Positions 56,436 through 60,651 of a stretch of 60,651 nucleotides of DNA are shown here, piece after piece (position 1 is the stretch's first letter; each line of letters begins with the position of its first letter). The notes beneath the pieces were generated by a model. The model had not been told where the DNA came from. It saw only the letters and a list, made by a program, of their open reading frames with translations, and did not search any database. The stretch lies in NCBI GenBank assembly GCA_020073285.1, contig JAIQFM010000001.1, forward strand, positions 1 to 60,651, in the 5' to 3' direction. The DNA is from Terriglobia bacterium (GTDB lineage Bacteria > Acidobacteriota > Terriglobia > Terriglobales > Acidobacteriaceae). A program made the position numbers and the translations under genes.

Positions 56436-58582
56436 TTCGGCACTCCGATTTTCTCGCCGCGCTTCAGCACCCGGTCGAAAAAGTCCGCCGCCGCCTCGTA
56501 AGCACGCACCCAACTTCGCCAGAGCAGGAAGTCGTGGATCTCGTCGGGGAAGACGATGGTTTCGAGCGGCGTCTTCTGCGCGCGCAGGCGCTGCACCAAG
56601 TCAACGGTTTGGTCGAACGGGACGTTGCGGTCGTCGTCGCCCTGGATGAGCAGCACCGGCGAGCGCCACTGTGCGATGGTGGAAATCGGCGAGGACTCGA
56701 ATGCCAGCTTCTTTGCTTGCGCCAGATCGGGCGCATCCTCGCCCAGCGTGGGCGCCCAGTGCCGCGCTTCCGACCACCACTCGTGCACGCCGTGCAGGTC
56801 CACTCCGGCGGCGAACAGGTCGGAGTTGCGTGCCAGGCCCATCGCGGTCAGATACCCGCCGTAGGAGCCGCCCCACAAGCCGATTTTCTTCGCGTCCACG
56901 TAGGCCAGCGAGCGCAGATATTTCGCCCCGGCGACGACATCCTGATATTCGGTTCCGCCGCGCCAGCCGGTGTTGGGCGCCATCCGAAACGCGCGCCCGT
57001 ACATGATCCCGGTGCGGTAGTTCACCGAGAGCACCACGTAGCCCAGCGACGCCAGGTACTGATTTTCGGCGTAGGCGTTGTGGTAGTAACCCATGTTGTG
57101 GAAGCCGAGCATCATCTGGCGCATGGAGCCGCCGTGCGTAAAGATGAGCGCGGGGCCAGGCGTTGTGCGACCCGGCGGGACGAAAAGCTGGCCATGAATC
57201 TCCAGCCCGTCTTCCGATTTGAAGAGCACTTGCTTCGGCGTGACCAGTTCGGCGCCGGGGAAATCCGCGGGCAGCGCCTCTTTTGCGATCATCTGCCGGG
57301 CCTGCGCGGTCAGGAAATACGGCATGGCCGGCGAGGTTGCGGTCGAGCCGAGGCAGACCACGAACTTGCCGTCGCCCGTCTCCAACGGCGCCCATTCAAT
57401 CGTTTCGCCGCGCGAAAGTGGCTGCGGCGTTCCGCCCGCGACCGGCACGCGCCAGACGTGACGGCGGTCGATGTCGTCCTGGTTGGAAGTGTAGATCGCC
57501 GATTTCTTGTCCGCGCTGAGCGCCACATCTTCAAATTCGAACTGACCCGGCGTGAGCGGCGTTGCCTTGCCTCCGCTGGCGGAAATCGAATACAGGTGCG
57601 CCCAGCCGTCCTGCTCGCTGGCGAAGATCACGCGGTCGCCGGCGGCGAACTGGAACGCCTCCTCCTCGACGAGGTTGGGGAACGAACCGTTGGCATCGTC
57701 GTTGCTGTGCCAGATTTCGCGGGCGTTCAACGCGGCGGCGTCGGCCACCCAGATGGCCCAGGGCTGCGGGCGCACGGGGATAATCGGTAGGCCGCGTTCG
57801 GCGCCGTGCACGCGGACGAATGCGATCTTGGCGCCGTCGGGCGACCAGCGCGGCAGCGAGTCGCGATCGGCGCTGGGCGCGACGTAGCGCAGGGTGTCGC
57901 TGCCGAATTCATGGACCGCGACATAGCTGTGATCGCCGCGATTGCTCCGGAAGGCGATGCGCTTGCCGTCGGGCGACCAGCGCGGGCTGGAGTTTTCTCC
58001 GCGCACGTAGGTGAGCTGGCGAGCTTTCTCCGCCCCCGAGACCGGCGCGATCCACAACTGTCCTTTCGCGCCCGCCCACACGGCGCGCTGGCCGTCGGGC
58101 GAAAGCTGCACGTCTTCGCAACCTTCCTCGTCGCATTCCATCGTGCCCAGCAGGCGCGGCTCGCCCTTGTCCACGTCCACCGCCCAGACTTCCTGGTGCG
58201 GCTGCTGGACGTTGCTGGTGGGATCGGCGACCTCGCCCTTCTTGTTGGTCTCACTGCCGCGGACGTAGACGATGGTGCGACCGTCAGGCGTCAGGCGGAC
58301 GCTCGCCAGCGGCAGGCCGTCGTCGGCGCTGTAGTGGGTCACCTGGCGCGCGGTAAAACTGGGAGAATCCGCGGCCCAGATATTGCGCACGCCTTTCGCA
58401 TTAAACACCCACGCCATGCGAGGGCTGTGTTCGGCGGCGGTCAATTCGCTGGGGAAGGGCGAACTCATCACCTGTTCGAGCGTGAAGCGGGCGTGCAGCG
58501 CCGGGGTGAGCAGAAGTGAAGCAAAAGCGAAGACGACGGCGGTCGCCAAAGCACGGTGGAGATATCGCGGTGCACCTGTCAT
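56432..58582 (-). CDS. S9 family serine peptidase (prolyl oligopeptidase/acylaminoacyl-peptidase type) with N-terminal TolB-like beta-propeller
   Basis: 716 aa. Signal peptide. Repeated SPDG/WSPDG propeller motifs. Nucleophile elbow GGSYGGYLT. C-terminal D...H (QGDDDRNVP, DEIHDF). Confidence 0.88.
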   Translation of the reverse strand: MTGAPRYLHRALATAVVFAFASLLLTPALHARFTLEQVMSSPFPSELTAAEHSPRMAWVFNAKGVRNIWAADSPSFTARQVTHYSADDGLPLASVRLTPDGRTIVYVRGSETNKKGEVADPTSNVQQPHQEVWAVDVDKGEPRLLGTMECDEEGCEDVQLSPDGQRAVWAGAKGQLWIAPVSGAEKARQLTYVRGENSSPRWSPDGKRIAFRSNRGDHSYVAVHEFGSDTLRYVAPSADRDSLPRWSPDGAKIAFVRVHGAERGLPIIPVRPQPWAIWVADAAALNAREIWHSNDDANGSFPNLVEEEAFQFAAGDRVIFASEQDGWAHLYSISASGGKATPLTPGQFEFEDVALSADKKSAIYTSNQDDIDRRHVWRVPVAGGTPQPLSRGETIEWAPLETGDGKFVVCLGSTATSPAMPYFLTAQARQMIAKEALPADFPGAELVTPKQVLFKSEDGLEIHGQLFVPPGRTTPGPALIFTHGGSMRQMMLGFHNMGYYHNAYAENQYLASLGYVVLSVNYRTGIMYGRAFRMAPNTGWRGGTEYQDVVAGAKYLRSLAYVDAKKIGLWGGSYGGYLTAMGLARNSDLFAAGVDLHGVHEWWSEARHWAPTLGEDAPDLAQAKKLAFESSPISTIAQWRSPVLLIQGDDDRNVPFDQTVDLVQRLRAQKTPLETIVFPDEIHDFLLWRSWVRAYEAAADFFDRVLKRGEKIGVPN

Positions 58583-58857
58583 AAGCAGAGGAGACTACGC
58601 CAGCGGGTTGACCGGCGGCAACTTGCTGTGCGGAAAATAGAGCAGTTTTCGATCTTCAGCGTCCCTTACCGCGGTTGACGCAGGCCTTTAGAGTCTGGGT
58701 GAGAACGCAATTTCGTAGACAGCAGTGGTCAAAGTGGACCGAAAATCTAGCCGCAGAGCGGCGGAATTCGTTAGCCCAGCGCGGCAGCGCTGGGGAAAGT
58801 GGAGCAAAATTGTCGAGCGCCAGCGGCGCGGCACAGCTCTCACGCACACACTTTAGA

Positions 58858-60432
58858 CTAGCTGCGAACTTTCCAGACCGTATCCAGCACCGTGCCGTCC
58901 ACCCACTTGACCACGGCGACGGGCTTCTCGGTCAGGCGTGGTTTCTGCGGTTTGCCGCCGCAAATTTTCTCCACCTCGCGCTGGATGTCATGGATAGGAC
59001 GGATGGGTAGGGACGATCCCTTCGCGGCATCGAGCAGGTCCTTGCGCCGAGGATTGATGGCAATCCCTCGCTCCGTGGCCACCACGTCGATCAGCTCACC
59101 CGGCCCGGTGAGCGTCGTCACCTGATCCACAATCACCGGGATACGGTCGCGGAAGGACGGGACGGCCAGCACCGTGCATCCCGCGAACAGGCAGTTCTGC
59201 CAGCCGCCGATGCCGTGCAGCAGGCGGCCGTCGGAGTGCGTTACCACATTCGCGTTGAAGTTCACGTCCACTTCCGTCGCGCCCAGCACCACCACGTCTA
59301 CCAGCGAATTGAAAAATCCCTTGCCGTGGTAGTTGTAGGAGGTGAAGGGCGAGGTTGGAATGTGCCGTGGATCGCTGGCAATGGATTGCACCGCATCCAA
59401 GTCGAACGTCTGCCCGTCGAGGATGTAGTCGGTGAGTCCTTCCTTGAGCAGGTCGACCAGGTAGCGGGTCGAGCCGCCGCGCACGAAACGCGCGCGCACG
59501 CCGCCCTGTCGCATGAATCGCCGCAGGTAATCCACAAAAGCGAGCGCGATGCCGCCCGCTCCTGCCTGGAACGAAAATCCGGGGCGCATGATGCCGGCGT
59601 CGCGCACGAACTGCGCCACGTACTGCGCGATCAGCAGGCGGTCGGGCGAGCGCGTGATCTGCGTCGTGCCCGAGACGATCTTCGCCGGGTCGCCGATCGA
59701 ATCCACCTGTACGACGTAATCAACGTTGTTGCCCTGGATTTGCCAGGGCACGCAGGGGAACTCGACCAGGTTATCGGTGACCACGATCACACGGTCGGCG
59801 TACATGGAATCCGCCAGCGCGAACCCCAGCGAGCCGCAGGCCGAAGGGCCGTGCGATCCGTTGGCGTTGCCGAACGCGTCGGCGGTGGGCGCGGCGATCA
59901 CCGCGATGTCAATGTGCACTTCGCCGTCCTGGATCGCCTGCCAGCGTCCGCCGTGCGAGCGCAGCACGCCCAGGCCGCGCATCCGCCCCTGCGTGCAGTA
60001 GTCGCCGAGCGGGCCGTTCATCGAGCCCTCGATGTGGTGCACGTTGCCCGCTTCCATCAGCTCGATCACCGGCGCGTGCGCGGGAAACGACGCGCTCGGG
60101 AACCACATCAAGTCGCGCGTCCCCATCTTCGCCGCCGTCTGCAGCGCCCACAGCGCCACGCGGTCGCCGTCGCGCAGGTGATGGTGCGTCGAGATGGTCA
60201 TCCCGTCGCTCAGCCCGCATTGGCGCAGCGCGGTTTCAAGATCCGCCACGCGCTTGTCGCCGCTCATCGGATAATCGGCGGCGGTGCGGATCGGCGGCGC
60301 CGCCTTGCGTCCCTGCGGATGATCGTGGTTCACGCCCGCGTAGGCCCGCTGCGGCTTGCCGTTGACGTTCGTCGGCACGACGCGTCCCGCGGCGTTGGTC
60401 GCTAATTCAATCGAATTTGCAATTGTGCTCAT
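58858..60432 (-). CDS. citF: Citrate lyase alpha subunit / citrate CoA-transferase homologue
   Basis: 524 aa, colinear with E. coli CitF as I recall it: GLSDGMTISTHHHLRDGD, HGGRWQAIQDGEVHIDIAVIAAPTADAFGNANG, CGSLGFALAD, QAGAGGIALA. No citD or citE in the window. Confidence 0.8.
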   Translation of the reverse strand: MSTIANSIELATNAAGRVVPTNVNGKPQRAYAGVNHDHPQGRKAAPPIRTAADYPMSGDKRVADLETALRQCGLSDGMTISTHHHLRDGDRVALWALQTAAKMGTRDLMWFPSASFPAHAPVIELMEAGNVHHIEGSMNGPLGDYCTQGRMRGLGVLRSHGGRWQAIQDGEVHIDIAVIAAPTADAFGNANGSHGPSACGSLGFALADSMYADRVIVVTDNLVEFPCVPWQIQGNNVDYVVQVDSIGDPAKIVSGTTQITRSPDRLLIAQYVAQFVRDAGIMRPGFSFQAGAGGIALAFVDYLRRFMRQGGVRARFVRGGSTRYLVDLLKEGLTDYILDGQTFDLDAVQSIASDPRHIPTSPFTSYNYHGKGFFNSLVDVVVLGATEVDVNFNANVVTHSDGRLLHGIGGWQNCLFAGCTVLAVPSFRDRIPVIVDQVTTLTGPGELIDVVATERGIAINPRRKDLLDAAKGSSLPIRPIHDIQREVEKICGGKPQKPRLTEKPVAVVKWVDGTVLDTVWKVRS

Positions 60433-60477
60433 GAAAACGCCTTAGGGCCTGTTAACACTAATTCGTAATTCTGTGAT

Positions 60478-60651
60478 ATGCTGCGCCGCATGGAAATCAC
60501 CGAGGCGCAGTACCAACGTATTGCCCCCAGCCTTCCCCGGCAGCGCGGCAATGTGACGCTGACCAACCTGCAACTGCTGAACGCGCTGTTGTATGTCGCC
60601 GAGCAAGGCTGCAAGTGGCGCGGACTGCCTAAACGCTTCGGAAATTGGCAT
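60478..60651 (+). mobile_element. 5' end of an IS5-family (DUF4096-type N-terminus) transposase gene, truncated by the right window edge
   Basis: The plus-strand translation is MLRRMEITEAQYQRIAPSLPRQRGNVTLTNLQLLNALLYVAEQGCKWRGLPKRFGNWH. This matches the conserved N-terminus of IS5/IS1182-like transposases (ILYV...GC.WR.LP..FG.W). It is not in the ORF track because the frame is open at the edge. Confidence 0.8.

Noticed and set aside
58583-58857. Possible ncRNA or terminator in the citF-peptidase spacer (hairpin CCCAGCGC-GGCA-GCGCTGGG near 58776-58797)
   Set aside because: The 8-bp stem is real, but it has no U-tract on the transcribed (minus) strand and no recognisable RNA family features. 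The evidence is insufficient to call a feature.
60429-60651. Two minus-strand ORFs at the right edge (60429-60614 and 60442-60651)
   Set aside because: The plus-strand frame gives the highly characteristic IS5-family transposase N-terminus. The minus-strand products have no similarity to anything I recognise.

Overview
High-GC chromosomal segment (by eye, not computed). Gene content is typical of Acidobacteriota (Terriglobia-like), judged from gene families only.

Gene order, left to right:
- Possible truncated tRNA at the left edge, then a housekeeping block: tyrS, dut, purN, purM.
- A Pat/YfiQ-type acyl-CoA-synthetase-like/GNAT protein, a DUF3857/transglutaminase/TPR giant, DUF4019, an SMP-30-like propeller and an aldehyde dehydrogenase.
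- A complete respiratory supercluster at 14.7-27.6 kb: Alternative Complex III (actABCDEF), a single-pass membrane protein, SCO1, and a caa3-type cytochrome c oxidase (ctaCDEF).
- A zinc-ribbon membrane protein, an orphan PhoU and an alkaline-phosphatase-family protein.
- Three paralogous 'sulfatase'-TPR fusion proteins whose nucleophile motif is T-x-P/S-S-H, not C/S-x-P-x-R.
- A roughly 18.5 kb envelope locus at 37.9-56.4 kb. It holds a CarboxypepD_reg/TPR protein, a 1216-aa TonB-dependent receptor, a TPR + CRTAC1/UnbV pair and an amidase. It ends in a tightly coupled 5-gene operon: a membrane-anchored five-CxxCH cytochrome-TPR protein, a CRTAC1/UnbV propeller, a 1156-aa TPR/FG-GAP/UnbV protein and a split DMT transporter. 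This operon is my best candidate for an uncharacterised system.
- An S9 peptidase, an orphan citF and the 5' end of an IS5-family transposase cut by the right edge.

The most unusual DNA-level signal: many intergenic gaps in the first 31 kb hold arrays of 7-8 nt tandem 'words', several arranged as long imperfect hairpins. One array of CAATTCCG octamers lies on the actD-actE junction and determines which start codon is in frame with ActE.

I saw no rRNA, CRISPR array or prophage. All family assignments come from motif recognition by eye; no searches were run.
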